Source: Acidobacteriota bacterium (GTDB taxonomy: Bacteria > Acidobacteriota > UBA4820 > DSQY01). From it: 64,000 nucleotides of DNA. Under the pieces are notes generated by a model. That model searched no databases. It worked only from the letters and a program-made list of their open reading frames with translations, and was not told the origin of the DNA. Position numbers and translations under genes: made by a program. Each line of letters starts with the position of its first letter. Position 1 is the first letter of the stretch. Location of the stretch: assembly GCA_049967655.1 (NCBI GenBank), contig JBMFSH010000004.1, forward strand, positions 57,193 to 121,192, written 5' to 3'. Shown here in pieces: positions 47,095-59,649 of this stretch.

Positions 47095-47472
47095 TCAATA
47101 GGATTGCCTGGCTGGGATGACCCCGCGGACCCCGCCCCTGGGGTTGGCCACGTCCCCCTTGTACCGCGGAATGAGGTGCACGTGGACGTGCCAGACGGTC
47201 TGGCCGGCGCAGGCGCCCACGTTGACCCCCAGATTGTATCCCTGCGGAGAAAAACGCAGATCCAACAGAGTCTTCGCCTCCTCCATCAAGTCCATGAGCG
47301 CCCGTTTCTCCTCCCACGTGGTCTCAAAGAAATCCGACACGTGGCGGTTCGGTATCAGTAGGAGATGGCCCGGGTTCACCGGAGAGGTGTCGAACCGGGC
47401 GTAGGCCAGCTCATTGCGGAGGAGGGCATCCCTGGCATCGCAGAACGGGCACGGCCGCGCACCTTCCATCAT
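47095..47472 (-). CDS. HIT family hydrolase
   Basis: CPFC, PGHLLLIPNRH, AGQTVWHVHVHLIPRY.GD. Confidence 0.95.
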   Translation of the reverse strand: MMEGARPCPFCDARDALLRNELAYARFDTSPVNPGHLLLIPNRHVSDFFETTWEEKRALMDLMEEAKTLLDLRFSPQGYNLGVNVGACAGQTVWHVHVHLIPRYKGDVANPRGGVRGVIPARQSY

Positions 47473-47705
47473 GGCCTCTCCTTTCGGCGGGTCCGTCCCG
47501 CCATTGCGCCTATTCAGATGGCCGCCCAGGGCGGGTGCAGAGATGAACGACGGCCCCCCTTCGCACCCGCGAGCCCGAAGGGCTGGGACACATCAGGGCG
47601 GGCCGACCCGGGGTAGCGCCATCTCCAGCAGAAGATAGGCAGGCCGTAACGGGAATGCAACCGCCGGCTGATTCCTCCTGGCACCTCCTCGCTTCCTCCT
47701 CCCAT

Positions 47706-47721
47706 TGGCACCCGTCTTGCT
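47706..47721 (+). promoter_or_regulatory. Sigma54 (-24/-12) promoter
   Basis: TGGCAC-CCGTC-TTGCT matches TGGCAC-N5-TTGC, 35 nt before the response regulator ATG. Confidence 0.8.
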
Positions 47722-47756
47722 TTTGAGATATTCTCGCGGATAGGAGGTGTGCCAAA

Positions 47757-49175
47757 ATGGCCTTGGGTTCGATTCTGATTCTCGAAGACGAGGAAGAAAA
47801 TCTTCGAAGCCTGACCCGGGCCCTGGAGAAGGTGGGCTATGAGGTGCACCCGTTCCAGCGTTCCGACGAAGGCATGGCTTACTTCAAGACCCACGATTCC
47901 GTGGATCTGGTCCTGACCGACCTCAGGATGCCGGGCATGGACGGCATGGAGGTGCTCCGCCAGGTGAAGCAGTCGGAGAACTCGGTGGGTGTGCTCCTCA
48001 TCACCGCCTTCGGCTCCGTCGAATCCGCGGTGCAGGCCATGAAGGTCGGCGCCGACGACTACCTGGCCAAACCCGTCGACCTCTACGAGCTGAGGAGGCG
48101 GGTGCAGGCCCTCGTGGAGAAGCGCCGCCTGAAGGTCGAGGTGGACGAGCTGAAGGCGAGGCTGGACGAGCGGTTCGGCTTCGAGAACATCGTCGGCAAC
48201 TCGGACCCCATGCGCGAGGTCTTCCAGCAGATCCGGATGGTCGCCCCCACGCGTGCCACGGTCTTCATCCAGGGCGAGTCGGGAACGGGCAAGGAGCTCA
48301 TCGCCAACGCCATTCACCAAAACTCCGAGCGCAAGCGGAACCGGTTTCTTCCCATCAACTGCGCCGCCATCCCGGCCAACCTCATCGAGAGCGAGCTCTT
48401 CGGTCACGAGAAGGGCTCCTTCACGGGGGCCGACAAGGCCCACGCCGGCAAGTTCGAACAGGCCAACGGCGGCACCCTCTTTCTCGACGAGATCGGCGAG
48501 CTCTCCCTGGACCTCCAGGCCAAGCTGCTCCGCGTCCTGGAGGAGCGCGTGGTCACCCGCGTCGGGGGGACTCAGCCCATTTCCGTGGACGTCCGGTTCA
48601 TCACCGCCACCCACCGGGACCTCACCAAGATGGTCCAGGAGTCGAAGTTCCGCGAGGACCTCTTCTACCGGCTGAAGGTGGTCGAGATCGTGATCCCGCC
48701 GCTGAGGGAGCGGCTGGACGATATCCCCCTCCTCGCCCACTCCTTCATGGCACACTTCAACCGCGAACACGGCAAGAACATTTCGAGCATTCATCCCGAA
48801 GTCCTGCGGGCCCTGGGGAACTACTCCTGGCCCGGGAACGTTCGGGAGCTGAAGAACGTCGTGGAACGCATGGTCATCTTCGGCACGGGGGAGGAGTTGC
48901 TCCCGCGCCACCTCCCGCCCGAGCTCAAGGCGGGCCCCGATGCCGGTCCCATAGGGCCACCTCTGTCGTCCATCCCGGGACGCCGTGCCTTTGCGGAGCC
49001 AGGGCGGCCGGTCCAGGCCTTGGACGAACTGGAAAAACAGGCCATACTAAGGGCTCTCGACCAGACGCACGGCAACAAAACACAGGCCGCGCGCGTATTA
49101 GGGATCGGCATCCGGACTCTGCACCGGAAGCTCAAGCAATACCTCGTTGAGGAACAGGAAAGGAGCATTCAATGA
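47757..49175 (+). CDS. Sigma54-dependent response regulator (NtrC family: receiver, AAA+, Fis-type HTH)
   Basis: [11 protein letters not shown] receiver, [43 protein letters not shown]. Confidence 0.96.
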   Translation: MALGSILILEDEEENLRSLTRALEKVGYEVHPFQRSDEGMAYFKTHDSVDLVLTDLRMPGMDGMEVLRQVKQSENSVGVLLITAFGSVESAVQAMKVGADDYLAKPVDLYELRRRVQALVEKRRLKVEVDELKARLDERFGFENIVGNSDPMREVFQQIRMVAPTRATVFIQGESGTGKELIANAIHQNSERKRNRFLPINCAAIPANLIESELFGHEKGSFTGADKAHAGKFEQANGGTLFLDEIGELSLDLQAKLLRVLEERVVTRVGGTQPISVDVRFITATHRDLTKMVQESKFREDLFYRLKVVEIVIPPLRERLDDIPLLAHSFMAHFNREHGKNISSIHPEVLRALGNYSWPGNVRELKNVVERMVIFGTGEELLPRHLPPELKAGPDAGPIGPPLSSIPGRRAFAEPGRPVQALDELEKQAILRALDQTHGNKTQAARVLGIGIRTLHRKLKQYLVEEQERSIQ

Positions 49176-50689
49176 AGATAGCAAAAACGTTGATGTTCGC
49201 AGCCGCTGGGAGCCTGTTGATCCTCATGGGCTTCGGACTGGCTCAACTGAGGAACGTCAGCGCACCCACCGCCAAGGCCGTTACGAACGCAGCCGCCGTC
49301 AGCGCCACTCAGGCCGCCACCAACGCCATGGGGCTGCCGAGCTTCGCCGACATCGCCGCCAAGGTGAATCCGGCGGTGGTCAGCATCACGGCCATCTCCG
49401 TGGAAAAGAGCCAGGGGATGGGCAACATGCCCCAGCAGTTCATGGGCCCCTTCGAGTTCTTCTTCGGAAACCCCCACCAGCAAGGGCCCCAGGGGCAACC
49501 TCCCGTGCAGGAGGCCGGCGGCAGCGGCTTCATCATCAGCCCGGACGGCTACATCCTCACCAACAACCACGTGGTGGACGACGCCACCAAAGTGACGGTG
49601 ACCTTGGATGACGGGCGCACCTTCGACGCCAAGATCGTGGGCCGGGACAAGGAGACGGACGTGGCCCTCCTCAAGATCGACGCCACCAATCTGCCCACCG
49701 TCCCCCTCGGCGATTCGAGCGCCATGCGACCAGGCGACTGGGTCATGGCCATCGGCAATCCCCTCATGTACAGCCATACCGTCACGGTGGGCGTGATCTC
49801 CGCCAAGGGCCGCCGCATCTCCTCCAACTCCCTGGATGACTTCCTCCAGACCGACGCGGCCATCAACTTCGGCAACTCGGGTGGTCCCCTCGTCAACGTC
49901 CAGGGCCAAGTCATCGGCATCAATACCGCCATCACCCGCAGCGATTATATGGGCCGGATGGTGGAGGGCATAGGCTTCGCCATCCCCATCAACATGGTCA
50001 AGGGCGAGTTGGAGCAACTCAAGACCACGGGCAAGGTGGAGCGCGGCTACTTGGGCGTGCGCGTCAGCGCCGTGGACCAGGACGCCAGGGATTACTTCAA
50101 AAAAGCCTACGGCCTCGACCTGAAGGGCGGTGCTCTGGTCCAGAGCGTGGACGACGGCACGCCCGCCGCCAAGGCCGGCATGCAGAAGGGTGACATCATC
50201 GTCTCCGTGAACGGAGAGCCCATCAAGGACAGCATGGAGCTGACCCACAAGGTCGCCGGCTATCCGCCCGGGAAGACCATCACCCTGGAGGCTTACAAGG
50301 ACGGCAAGAAGAAGGAGTACCGGGTGACCCTGGGCAACCGCGCCAAGGCGCTGGCCGGCCAGGAGTCGGGCGGAGAGAGCCAGGGCGAGAAACCCGCCAA
50401 GGACGTGCTGGGCATCCAGGTGCAGAACCTCACCCAGGACAATCGGATGGCCTACCGGATCCCGCAGGACGTCCAGGGCGTGGTGGTGGTCGGGGTGGAT
50501 CCCTCATCCAACGCCTTCACCAAGGACATCCGTGAGGGAGCGGTCATCTCCGAGGTGAACGGCCACATGGTCAACAACGTGGAGGACTACCGGAAGGCCA
50601 TCGCCAACATTAAGAAGGGCGACCCCGTTTCGGTCTACCTCCAGGACGGCCAGGGCGGCGGCTTCTACGTCTACTTCCTCGCCGGCTGA
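49172..50689 (+). CDS. HtrA/DegP-family periplasmic serine protease (two PDZ domains)
   Basis: [30 protein letters not shown], followed by two PDZ-like regions. Confidence 0.95.
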   Translation: MKIAKTLMFAAAGSLLILMGFGLAQLRNVSAPTAKAVTNAAAVSATQAATNAMGLPSFADIAAKVNPAVVSITAISVEKSQGMGNMPQQFMGPFEFFFGNPHQQGPQGQPPVQEAGGSGFIISPDGYILTNNHVVDDATKVTVTLDDGRTFDAKIVGRDKETDVALLKIDATNLPTVPLGDSSAMRPGDWVMAIGNPLMYSHTVTVGVISAKGRRISSNSLDDFLQTDAAINFGNSGGPLVNVQGQVIGINTAITRSDYMGRMVEGIGFAIPINMVKGELEQLKTTGKVERGYLGVRVSAVDQDARDYFKKAYGLDLKGGALVQSVDDGTPAAKAGMQKGDIIVSVNGEPIKDSMELTHKVAGYPPGKTITLEAYKDGKKKEYRVTLGNRAKALAGQESGGESQGEKPAKDVLGIQVQNLTQDNRMAYRIPQDVQGVVVVGVDPSSNAFTKDIREGAVISEVNGHMVNNVEDYRKAIANIKKGDPVSVYLQDGQGGGFYVYFLAG

Positions 50690-50708
50690 GGCGAAACAAA
50701 ACCAGGCC

Positions 50709-50745
50709 AAAGCGGCGCGCCATTTTGGCGCGCCGCTTTTCTTTT
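50709..50745 (+). terminator. Rho-independent terminator after htrA
   Basis: AAAGCGGCGCGCCA-TTT-TGGCGCGCCGCTTT followed by TCTTTT. Confidence 0.88.
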
Positions 50746-50781
50746 GGGGAGGCTCCCTATCCGCGCAGAGTGCTCCATTGC

Positions 50782-50810
50782 TTGATTTTTCCACCACCCT
50801 TGCCTATAAT
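50782..50810 (+). promoter_or_regulatory. Sigma70 promoter of the lysS-lol operon
   Basis: TTGATT-17 bp-TATAAT. Confidence 0.7.
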
Positions 50811-50896
50811 CCGGCAACCGGTGGTCCTGGGCATCGCCGCGCTGGACGGGAGACCGGAGTCCGGCGATCGGAGAGCCTCTCGGCCCGCCTCCTCCA

Positions 50897-52405
50897 ATGG
50901 GGAACCCCGTGGAAGACGAACTGATCGCGCAACGACGAACCAAGCTGTCCCAATGGCCGGAGGCGTTTCCCGGGTGCTGCCCGATCCGATTCGAGACCGA
51001 CCGGTCGCTGGCCGGCATCCTCTCGGACCACGGGGAGGAAAGCGCCGAGGCCCTCGCCCAGAAGGCGCCATCGGTAAAGACCGCCGGGCGCCTGCTCACG
51101 CTGAGGAAAATGGGCAAGCTCGCCTTCGGCCATGTCAGCGAGGGTGGTGCCCGGCTCCAGGTCCTCTTCGAGCGCCAGAGGCTGGGCGAGGCCTACGGCC
51201 ACCTGTCCCTGCTGGACCTCGGAGACTGGATCGGCGTGGAGGGGACCCTCTTCCGCACCAAAACCGGCGAGCTGACCGTCGCCGTCGACCGGTATCTGCC
51301 CCTCCAGAAGTGCCTCCACCCCCTGCCGGAGAAGTGGCACGGCCTCTCCGACGTGGAACTGCGTTACCGCCAGAGGCACCTCGATCTGATCGTGAACGCC
51401 GACAGCCTGCCGCGCTTCCTGGTGCGCTCCCGCATGATCGCCTCTCTGCGCCGTTTCATGGGAGACGAGAGCTTCGAGGAGGTGGAGACCCCCATGCTCC
51501 ACCCCATCGCCGGCGGGGCCGCGGCCCGGCCCTTCGTCACGCACCACAACGCCCTCGACCGCCAGCTCTACCTGAGGATTGCCCCTGAGCTCTACCTCAA
51601 GCGCCTGGTGGTGGGAGGCCTCCCTCGGGTCTTCGAGATCAACCGCAACTTCAGGAACGAGGGGATTGACACCACGCACAACCCCGAGTTCACCATGATG
51701 GAGTTCTACAGGGCCTACGCCAGCGCCTCCGATCTGATGGCCTTCACCGAACGAATGCTGGCCGCGGTGGCGGGAGAGGTCCTGGGGACCACGGAGATCA
51801 CCTACCAGGGGCGGTCCCTCTCCTTCGCCGCGCCCTTCCGCCGCATCTCGCTCAGGCCCGCCGCGAGGGCCGCTCTGGCCGAAAAGGGCGTCCCTGAGGG
51901 CGCCTGGCTGACACCCGAAGGCCGGAGCGAGTGGGCCCCCAAGCTGGGGATGAGCCCGGCCAAGGCCCAGACCCCCGAACGCTTCCTCGTGGAGGCATTC
52001 GAGACCCTGATCCAGCCCGCGATTGAGCAGCCCACCTTCGTGCACGACTATCCGCTGGAGGTCTCGCCCCTCTCCCGGCGGCTTCCCGGCTCGGAGGACA
52101 CGGTGGACCGCTTCGAGCTGTTCGTGGCGGGGATGGAGCTGGCCAACGGCTTCTCCGAATTGAACGAGCCCGAGGACCAGAGGGCCCGATTCAGGGAGCA
52201 GGTGCGCGAGAAGGCCCAGGGCAATGACGAGGCCATGCCCTATGACGAGGACTACTGCCAGGCCCTGGAGTACGGGCTGCCGCCCACCGCCGGCGAGGGG
52301 CTGGGCATCGACCGGCTGGCCATGCTCCTGACGGACACCGCCTCCATCCGAGACGTGGTCTTCTTCCCCCTGCTCAAGGCGCTGCCCTCGGGCGCTGGAT
52401 CATGA
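50897..52405 (+). CDS. lysS: Lysine--tRNA ligase (class II)
   Basis: RYRQRHLDL, YLRIAPELYLKRL, FRNEG...HNPEFTMME, EYGLPPTAGEGLGIDRL; alternative GTG start at 50909. Confidence 0.98.
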   Translation: MGNPVEDELIAQRRTKLSQWPEAFPGCCPIRFETDRSLAGILSDHGEESAEALAQKAPSVKTAGRLLTLRKMGKLAFGHVSEGGARLQVLFERQRLGEAYGHLSLLDLGDWIGVEGTLFRTKTGELTVAVDRYLPLQKCLHPLPEKWHGLSDVELRYRQRHLDLIVNADSLPRFLVRSRMIASLRRFMGDESFEEVETPMLHPIAGGAAARPFVTHHNALDRQLYLRIAPELYLKRLVVGGLPRVFEINRNFRNEGIDTTHNPEFTMMEFYRAYASASDLMAFTERMLAAVAGEVLGTTEITYQGRSLSFAAPFRRISLRPAARAALAEKGVPEGAWLTPEGRSEWAPKLGMSPAKAQTPERFLVEAFETLIQPAIEQPTFVHDYPLEVSPLSRRLPGSEDTVDRFELFVAGMELANGFSELNEPEDQRARFREQVREKAQGNDEAMPYDEDYCQALEYGLPPTAGEGLGIDRLAMLLTDTASIRDVVFFPLLKALPSGAGS

Positions 52406-53633
52406 GCCTCACCACCTTCGTGGGGCGGCGCTACCTCTTCGCCCGCCGGCGGCAGGCGTTCATCTCCCTCATCAGCGTCATCTCCATCCTGGGAGTGGCC
52501 GTGGGGACCATGGCCCTCATCATCGCCCTGGCCATCTCCACCGGGTTCACCACCCGCATTCGGGAGAAGATCCAGCTCCTGAACGCCGACCTGAACATCC
52601 TCGGAGGCCCCGAGGAACTCCAGCCTTCCGACGTGAAGACCGTTACCGAGGCGCTCGCCAAGGATCCCCGGGTCGCGGCCTACACGCCCATCGTCCTGGG
52701 CACGGGCTTGGTGAGCGGCCCCACCACGCGAGTCGGACTGGTGGCCAAGGTGGTGGGGGTAGACCCCGGCACCCAGGCCCGGGTCGTGGATCTGCGGCCC
52801 TACGTGCGCGGCAGCTCCTTCCTCGGAAAGGACGGCCAGGGCGAACCGGAGGCGATCCTGGGGGCGGATCTCGCCGAGAGGCTCGGCGTGTGGGAGGGGG
52901 ACACCATCCAGCTCCTCGCCCCCAAGCTGACCCTGTCGCCCTTCGGCAACTTCCCCAAGATCATCTCCCTCAAGGTCACGGGCATCCTCCGCACGGGGTA
53001 CTACCTCTACGACACGGAGTTCGTTTACGTGGCCCTGCCTCTGGCCGAGCGCCTCTTCACGGCTCCGGGCACGGTGAGCGCCATCCAGGTTCGGCTCAAG
53101 AAGCCCGGGGAGCTCGCCGCCGCGCACGCCGCGCTCCAGACCGAGCTGGGCGATCAGTACCGGGTGCTGGACCTGGTGGGCAGCAACGCCGAATTCTTCA
53201 AGGCGCTCCGGATGGAGAGGATACTGCTCTTCCTCTCCATCGGGCTCATCGTGATGGTGGCCGCGTTGAACATCGTCTCCACCCTGATCCTCATGGTCAT
53301 GGAAAAGGTGCGGGACATCGGCATCCTCCGCAGCATGGGGGCGTCGCCGGCCCACATCCTGAAGATCTTCCTCTTTCACGGCATGGTCATCGGGATCGTG
53401 GGCACCATCCTCGGCTCGGCGGCCGGGGTCATCGCCAGCACCGTCCTGGACAGGACGCACGCCATCCCCCTCTCCCTCGACGTCTATCCCCTTCCCTACG
53501 TGCCCTTCATCACGTCGTGGGCACAGGTGCTGGCGGTCAGCGCCTTCGCCCTGCTCATCTCCTTCGGGGCCACCCTCTACCCCGCCTATCGGGCGGCCAA
53601 GCTGGACCCCGTGGAAGCCTTGAGGTACGAGTG

Positions 53634-53634
<1 letters not shown>
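52402..53634 (+). CDS. Lipoprotein-releasing ABC transporter permease (LolC/E/F family)
   Basis: ISILGVAVG, VAALNIVSTL, DIGILRSMG, YPAYRAAKLDPVEALRYE. Confidence 0.93.
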
Positions 53635-54292
<658 letters not shown>

Positions 54293-54296
<4 letters not shown>

Positions 54297-54321
54297 CAGC
54301 CCTCCAGGCCGATGGTATAAT
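54293..54321 (+). promoter_or_regulatory. Sigma70 promoter of the clpC-bamA cluster
   Basis: GTGACA-17 bp-TATAAT with TG extension. Confidence 0.65.
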
Positions 54322-54341
54322 CCGGCAGTTGGAGTAAGCGG

Positions 54342-56681
54342 ATGTACGAGCGCTTCACGGAACAGGCACGGCGGGCACTCTACTTCGCGCGGTACGAGGC
54401 CCACCAGGCTAACGCACCGGTGGCCGACACGGAGCATCTCCTCGTGGGCCTCGTGGCGGTGGATTCTCCTTTGCTCAAGGAGGTCCTCGGACGCGGACGC
54501 GTGACCCTTGACGAGCTGCGGGAGGGTATCGCCGCGAGCCGCCCGGAGGAGCCCGCCGCCGCGAAGCCGGCCACGCCGGGCTGGTCCCGCGACGTCCGGC
54601 TGGTCCTGGAGAAATTCGCGCCCGAGGAGTTCGAACGGATGGCCGGACTGAGGATCGGAGTGGAACACCTCTTCCTCGGCCTCCTCCACCTGGAGGATAC
54701 GCCCGCCTCACGCCTCCTGCAGGAGCGGGGCATCACGCTGGCCTCGGCCCGCGAGCGCCTGCAGGCTGCCTTGCGCCGCCAGGGGCTCGAGCGGCGGAAG
54801 GAGGCCAAGCCGGCCCTCGAGGAGTTCTCCCAGGACTTCACGGCCCTGGCCTCGGAGGGGCTCTTCGACCCCCTCATCGGACGCGAATCGGAGCTGGAGC
54901 GCATCATTCAGATCCTGGCACGCCGCCACAAGAACAATCCCATCCTCCTCGGAGAACCGGGGGTAGGCAAGACTGCCCTCGTGGAGGGGCTGGCCCAGCG
55001 CATCGTCTCGGGCGAGGTCCCGACCGCCCTGAAGGACAAGCGGATCCTCTCCCTCGACCTCTCCCTCGTGCTGGCCGGGACCAAGTACCGCGGCCAGTTC
55101 GAGGAGCGCCTCAAGGCCATTCTCAAGGAGGCCTACGAGGACCGGACGGTCATCCTCTTCGTGGATGAGATCCACACCCTCGTCGGGGCCGGGAGCGCCG
55201 AGGGCTCCCTGGACGCCGCGAGCATCCTCAAGCCCGCCCTGAGCCGCGGGCAGGTGCAGTGCATCGGCACCTCCACCTTCCGCGATTTCAAGCGCCACAT
55301 CGAAAAGGACCGGGGCCTCGTGCGCCGGTTCCAACCCGTGAAGGTTTTGCCGCCCTCCGAGGAGGAGACGGTGAGGATCCTGGAGGGCACCCGGCGACGC
55401 TACGAGGAGTACCACCAGGTGCGTTACACGGACGAGGCCATCCAGAGGGCGGTTCTGCTCTCCAACCGGTACATCACGGACCGGTTCCTGCCCGACAAGG
55501 CTCTCGACGTGATCGACGAGGCGGGCGCCAAGGCCCGCATCCTGGGGTACCCGGCACCGGAGCCGCCGGACGGGCGGTCCGGCTCGGAAGGGTGGATGCC
55601 CGAACGGCGAGGCGCCGCCACCCGCGAGGAGGAAATCCCCGCCCCGCCCGAGGTGGGACGGGAGCTCGTGGAGGAGGTGGTGGCCCTCTGGACGGGGATT
55701 CCGGTCACCGCCATTCGCGAAGACGAGCGGGACAAGCTCATGCGCATCGAGCAGATTCTGCACCGGCGCGTCATCGGACAAGACAAGGCCATCTCGGCCC
55801 TGGCGCGCGCCATCCGGCGCTCCCGCGCGGGGATCCGCAACCCCGGGCGTCCCATCGGCTCCTTCATCTTCCTCGGCCCCACGGGGGTTGGCAAGACCGA
55901 GGCGGCCAAAACCCTCTCGGAGTTCCTCTTCGGCGACGAGCGCGCCCTGATCCGCATGGACATGAGCGAGTACGCCGAAAGGCACTCCGTATCCAAGATG
56001 ATCGGCTCGCCGCCCGGTTACGTGGGGTACGAGGAGGGCGGGCAGCTCGTGGAGCGGGTCAAACGCCGGCCCTACGCCGTCATCCTCCTGGACGAGATCG
56101 AGAAGGCCCACCCCGACGTCCTGAACGTCCTGTTGCAGATCCTGGAGGACGGCATCCTGACGGACAGCTACGGCGACACGGTGGATTTCAAGAACACGAT
56201 CCTCATCCTCACGAGCAACCTGGGCTCCAAGTTCATCCTGGACAGGGGCGTGCCGGGGTTCGAGGGGGCGCAGAGGACCGCTTCGGTGCAGAAGGACGAA
56301 GTCCACCGGCACCTGCGGCGGACTCTCCAGCCCGAATTCCTGAACCGCATCGACGAGATCATCGTCTTCGATCCCCTATCGAGGGAGGACCTTCAGGCCA
56401 TCGCCGTCCGCATGATTGAGAACCTGAACCGGGTGATGAGGGACCGGGGCATCGACCTGGCCGTGGAGGGGGGAGTCCCCGATTTTCTCGTGGACACCTG
56501 CTGCACCGATCCCACCTACGGTGCCCGCCCCCTCCGGCGGGGAGTCCAAGCCTACATTGAGGATCCGCTCGCGGAGTGGCTCCTGCTCAATGACGTGCGC
56601 GAGAACACTCGAATCAACCTGGAAGTGCAAGGGGATCGGATCGCGCTGGCCAGCGTAGAGCCAGTGCCCGTATCCGGATAG
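54342..56681 (+). CDS. clpC: ATP-dependent Clp protease ATP-binding subunit (ClpC/ClpA-like)
   Basis: Clp-N repeats, [37 protein letters not shown]. Confidence 0.9.
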   Translation: MYERFTEQARRALYFARYEAHQANAPVADTEHLLVGLVAVDSPLLKEVLGRGRVTLDELREGIAASRPEEPAAAKPATPGWSRDVRLVLEKFAPEEFERMAGLRIGVEHLFLGLLHLEDTPASRLLQERGITLASARERLQAALRRQGLERRKEAKPALEEFSQDFTALASEGLFDPLIGRESELERIIQILARRHKNNPILLGEPGVGKTALVEGLAQRIVSGEVPTALKDKRILSLDLSLVLAGTKYRGQFEERLKAILKEAYEDRTVILFVDEIHTLVGAGSAEGSLDAASILKPALSRGQVQCIGTSTFRDFKRHIEKDRGLVRRFQPVKVLPPSEEETVRILEGTRRRYEEYHQVRYTDEAIQRAVLLSNRYITDRFLPDKALDVIDEAGAKARILGYPAPEPPDGRSGSEGWMPERRGAATREEEIPAPPEVGRELVEEVVALWTGIPVTAIREDERDKLMRIEQILHRRVIGQDKAISALARAIRRSRAGIRNPGRPIGSFIFLGPTGVGKTEAAKTLSEFLFGDERALIRMDMSEYAERHSVSKMIGSPPGYVGYEEGGQLVERVKRRPYAVILLDEIEKAHPDVLNVLLQILEDGILTDSYGDTVDFKNTILILTSNLGSKFILDRGVPGFEGAQRTASVQKDEVHRHLRRTLQPEFLNRIDEIIVFDPLSREDLQAIAVRMIENLNRVMRDRGIDLAVEGGVPDFLVDTCCTDPTYGARPLRRGVQAYIEDPLAEWLLLNDVRENTRINLEVQGDRIALASVEPVPVSG

Positions 56682-56688
56682 GTGGAGC

Positions 56689-59088
56689 ATGGCCCGAAGA
56701 CTGTTGCCGATCCTGACCGTCCTTCTCCTCACCACGGTGGCATTCGCCGCCCAGAACCCACCGCCCGCCGGAGATAGGAGCGAGAAGAAACCGGCGTCCC
56801 AGGCGGAGCAGCCCGCCAAGGCCGCCCAGGGCAAGCAGTCCGAACAGCCCAAGATCGAGAAGATCGTGCTCGAAGGGAACGACCGCCTCACCCAGGACGC
56901 CTTCCTGGCACTCACGAGCCTGCGGCCGGGAGACGTCTACGATGAGGCTCGCCTGCGGCGCGAGTTCATGAAAATCTGGAACTCCGGGCTCTTCGAGGAC
57001 CTCTCGATCGACGAGGAGAACGGCAAAACGGGGAAGATCATCATCTTCCACATCAAGGAGCGGCCCATCGTGGCCTCCGTGGAGTACACGGGATCGAAGG
57101 CCCTTACCTCCAGCACCATCCTTGACAAGCTCAAAGAGAACAACGCCGAGATCAAGACCGGCACCGTCCTGGACTACACGAAGGTGATGCACACCGAGGC
57201 CGCCCTCCGGTTCATGGCGGCCGAGAAGGGGTTCCCGGAGGCAGACGTCACCTCCAAGGTCCAGACCATGGGGCGGTCGGAGGTGGCCCTCACCTTCAAC
57301 ATCAAGGAGGGCCCCAAGGCGCGCATCGAGAAGGTGAAGTTTCTGGGGGTCCACGCCTTCTCCCAACGCAAGCTGCGCTGGACGCTGAAGAAGACCCGCG
57401 AGCACTGGTTTCTCTCCTGGGCCACCCGGCACGACATCTACTCGGAGGACCGCTACTACGAGGACATCAAGGGACTGAGAGACCTGTACGAGTCGGAGGG
57501 GTACCTGGACGTGGACGTGGGGGACCCCATCGTGGACAAGAGCTTTAACAAGAGCCACACCAAGGAGTGGTTGAAGCTGACCATCCCCATCCAGGAGGGC
57601 ATCGCCTACAAGCTGGGGAAGGTCTCGTTCGAGGGGAACACGGTCTTCCCAAGCGCCGACCTCAAGAAGCTCGTCTTCCTCAAGGAGGGCAAGCCGCTGG
57701 ACAAGGTGGCCCTCGGATACGTCATCAAGTCCATCGAGGCCAAATACGGCGAGAAGGGCTACATCTACGCCACGGCCACTCCTATCTTCGACAAGCACGC
57801 CGCCACCAAGACGGCGGACGTGGAAATCTCCATCACCGAGGACCAGATCTACTACGTGAACCGAATCGAGTTCCGCGGCAACGTCTCTACCCGGGACTAC
57901 GTCCTCAGGCGAGAGATGCTCATTTACGAGCAAGAGGTCTTCAACTATGTCCGCTACCAGCGGGGGCTTTACCGCCTCAAGGCGACGGGGCTCTTCACCA
58001 TCAAGGATGATCCCACCATCACCAAGGTGCCCAACACCAACACGGTGGACGTGCTGGTGAAGGGCGAGGAGGCGAGCAAGAACGAGCTCCTCTTCGGCGG
58101 CGGGTACGGCGGAATCAACGGCTTCTTCATCTCGGGGTCCTTCCGGACCTACAACTTCCTGGGCACCGGTACAACCTTCTCCCTGAACGCGGACGTCGGC
58201 AAGGTGCAGAAGCTCTACTCGATCAACTACTCGGACCCGTGGTTCTTCGGCAAGCGGATCGGCGCCTCCTTCTCCATCTACAATTCCGACTTGACCTACC
58301 TGCAGTTCGACCAGCTTACCAAGGGCGCCTCCTTCTCCGTCTCCTTCCCGATCACCGACTTCTCCTCCTGGTCCGTGGGATACCGTTGGGAGCGCTCCCA
58401 CGCCAACAATTTCACCACCACGATCTCTCCCCTTTACACGGATTACCTGAATAACAGCACTACTTCGGCGGTGTTTGGCGGAATTAACTACAACTCGGTC
58501 AACAACCCCTTCCGGCCCATGCGCGGCATGCAGCTCTCCTTGAACACGAGCGTGGCGGGCAATTGGCTCGGAGGGCAGAACAAGTTCATCAAGTCCAACT
58601 TCGACGGCGACATCTACATCCCCACCTTCCGCAAACAGAACGCCGCCTTCCGCCTGAGCATCGGCTACATCACGGCTTACGGAGGCCAGCAGATCCCCCT
58701 CTGGGAACGCTACTTCCTCGGCGGCGAGGACACGCTGCGCGGATTCGGCATACGGTCCGTCTATCCCCTCACAAAGGATGGACGATACTTCCTCGATCCC
58801 TCCACGCAGACCATCGAGGGTGGGAACCGCTACCTGCTGACCAACTGGGAGTACGTCTTTCACGTGGTCGAGCAGGTGGACGTGGCCCTCTTCGTGGACG
58901 CCGGCAACACCTACCACGAGCGACAGAAAATGGAGTTGAGCAACTACCGAGCCGACGCCGGCGCGGAGCTGCGCTTCTTCATCCCCCAGTTCAACGTGCC
59001 TCTGAGGCTTATTTACGCGTACAACCTCAAGAAGCGGCCCAATGATGACTTCAGCAATTTCCAGCTCTCCATAGGACTGACGTTCTGA
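56689..59088 (+). CDS. bamA: Outer membrane protein assembly factor BamA
   Basis: Signal peptide, POTRA repeats, FLGGEDTLRGF, C-terminal Phe; upstream of skp-lpxD. Confidence 0.95.
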   Translation: MARRLLPILTVLLLTTVAFAAQNPPPAGDRSEKKPASQAEQPAKAAQGKQSEQPKIEKIVLEGNDRLTQDAFLALTSLRPGDVYDEARLRREFMKIWNSGLFEDLSIDEENGKTGKIIIFHIKERPIVASVEYTGSKALTSSTILDKLKENNAEIKTGTVLDYTKVMHTEAALRFMAAEKGFPEADVTSKVQTMGRSEVALTFNIKEGPKARIEKVKFLGVHAFSQRKLRWTLKKTREHWFLSWATRHDIYSEDRYYEDIKGLRDLYESEGYLDVDVGDPIVDKSFNKSHTKEWLKLTIPIQEGIAYKLGKVSFEGNTVFPSADLKKLVFLKEGKPLDKVALGYVIKSIEAKYGEKGYIYATATPIFDKHAATKTADVEISITEDQIYYVNRIEFRGNVSTRDYVLRREMLIYEQEVFNYVRYQRGLYRLKATGLFTIKDDPTITKVPNTNTVDVLVKGEEASKNELLFGGGYGGINGFFISGSFRTYNFLGTGTTFSLNADVGKVQKLYSINYSDPWFFGKRIGASFSIYNSDLTYLQFDQLTKGASFSVSFPITDFSSWSVGYRWERSHANNFTTTISPLYTDYLNNSTTSAVFGGINYNSVNNPFRPMRGMQLSLNTSVAGNWLGGQNKFIKSNFDGDIYIPTFRKQNAAFRLSIGYITAYGGQQIPLWERYFLGGEDTLRGFGIRSVYPLTKDGRYFLDPSTQTIEGGNRYLLTNWEYVFHVVEQVDVALFVDAGNTYHERQKMELSNYRADAGAELRFFIPQFNVPLRLIYAYNLKKRPNDDFSNFQLSIGLTF

Positions 59089-59113
59089 TAAGGACCTCAA
59101 GGAGGAACAAACC

Positions 59114-59647
59114 ATGCGGAAACTGACAGCCGCTCTCGCGGCCACTCTCACCCTCGCATCCCTCGGCGTGTTTGCCCAGGCCCAGCTCAAGATCGCCGTG
59201 GTGGACACCATGCGCGTGGCCAACGAGTGCAAGGAGGGGAAAAGTATTCAGGCCGCCCTGAAGGCCTTCCACGATCAGAAGCAGGCCCAGATCACGGCCA
59301 AGGAGACCGAGCTGAAGGCCCTGGAGGAACAGGTTAAGGACCCGAAGATCAGCGAGGACAAGAAGGACGACCTCAGGGCCAAATTCAACTCCAAGATGTA
59401 CGAGTACCAGGCCTACGCCAAGGCGGCTCAGGACGAGATGGAGGCCCGCAGCCAGAAGATGCAGGCCGAGTTCCAGCAGAAGCTCGCCGGGGTGATCACC
59501 CAGTACGCTCAGTCCAAGGGGCTCTCGCTGGTGCTCGAAAAGGGCATCTGCCTCTACAACGCGGAAACCCTTGACGCCACCGCGGACGTCATAGCCGCCA
59601 TGAACCAGGCTTACCCGGGCACGAGCACCGCCGCGAGCGGCAAATAG
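59114..59647 (+). CDS. skp: OmpH/Skp periplasmic chaperone
   Basis: Signal peptide, KIAVVD, coiled coil, LDATADVI; synteny. Confidence 0.9.
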   Translation: MRKLTAALAATLTLASLGVFAQAQLKIAVVDTMRVANECKEGKSIQAALKAFHDQKQAQITAKETELKALEEQVKDPKISEDKKDDLRAKFNSKMYEYQAYAKAAQDEMEARSQKMQAEFQQKLAGVITQYAQSKGLSLVLEKGICLYNAETLDATADVIAAMNQAYPGTSTAASGK

Positions 59648-59649
59648 GG

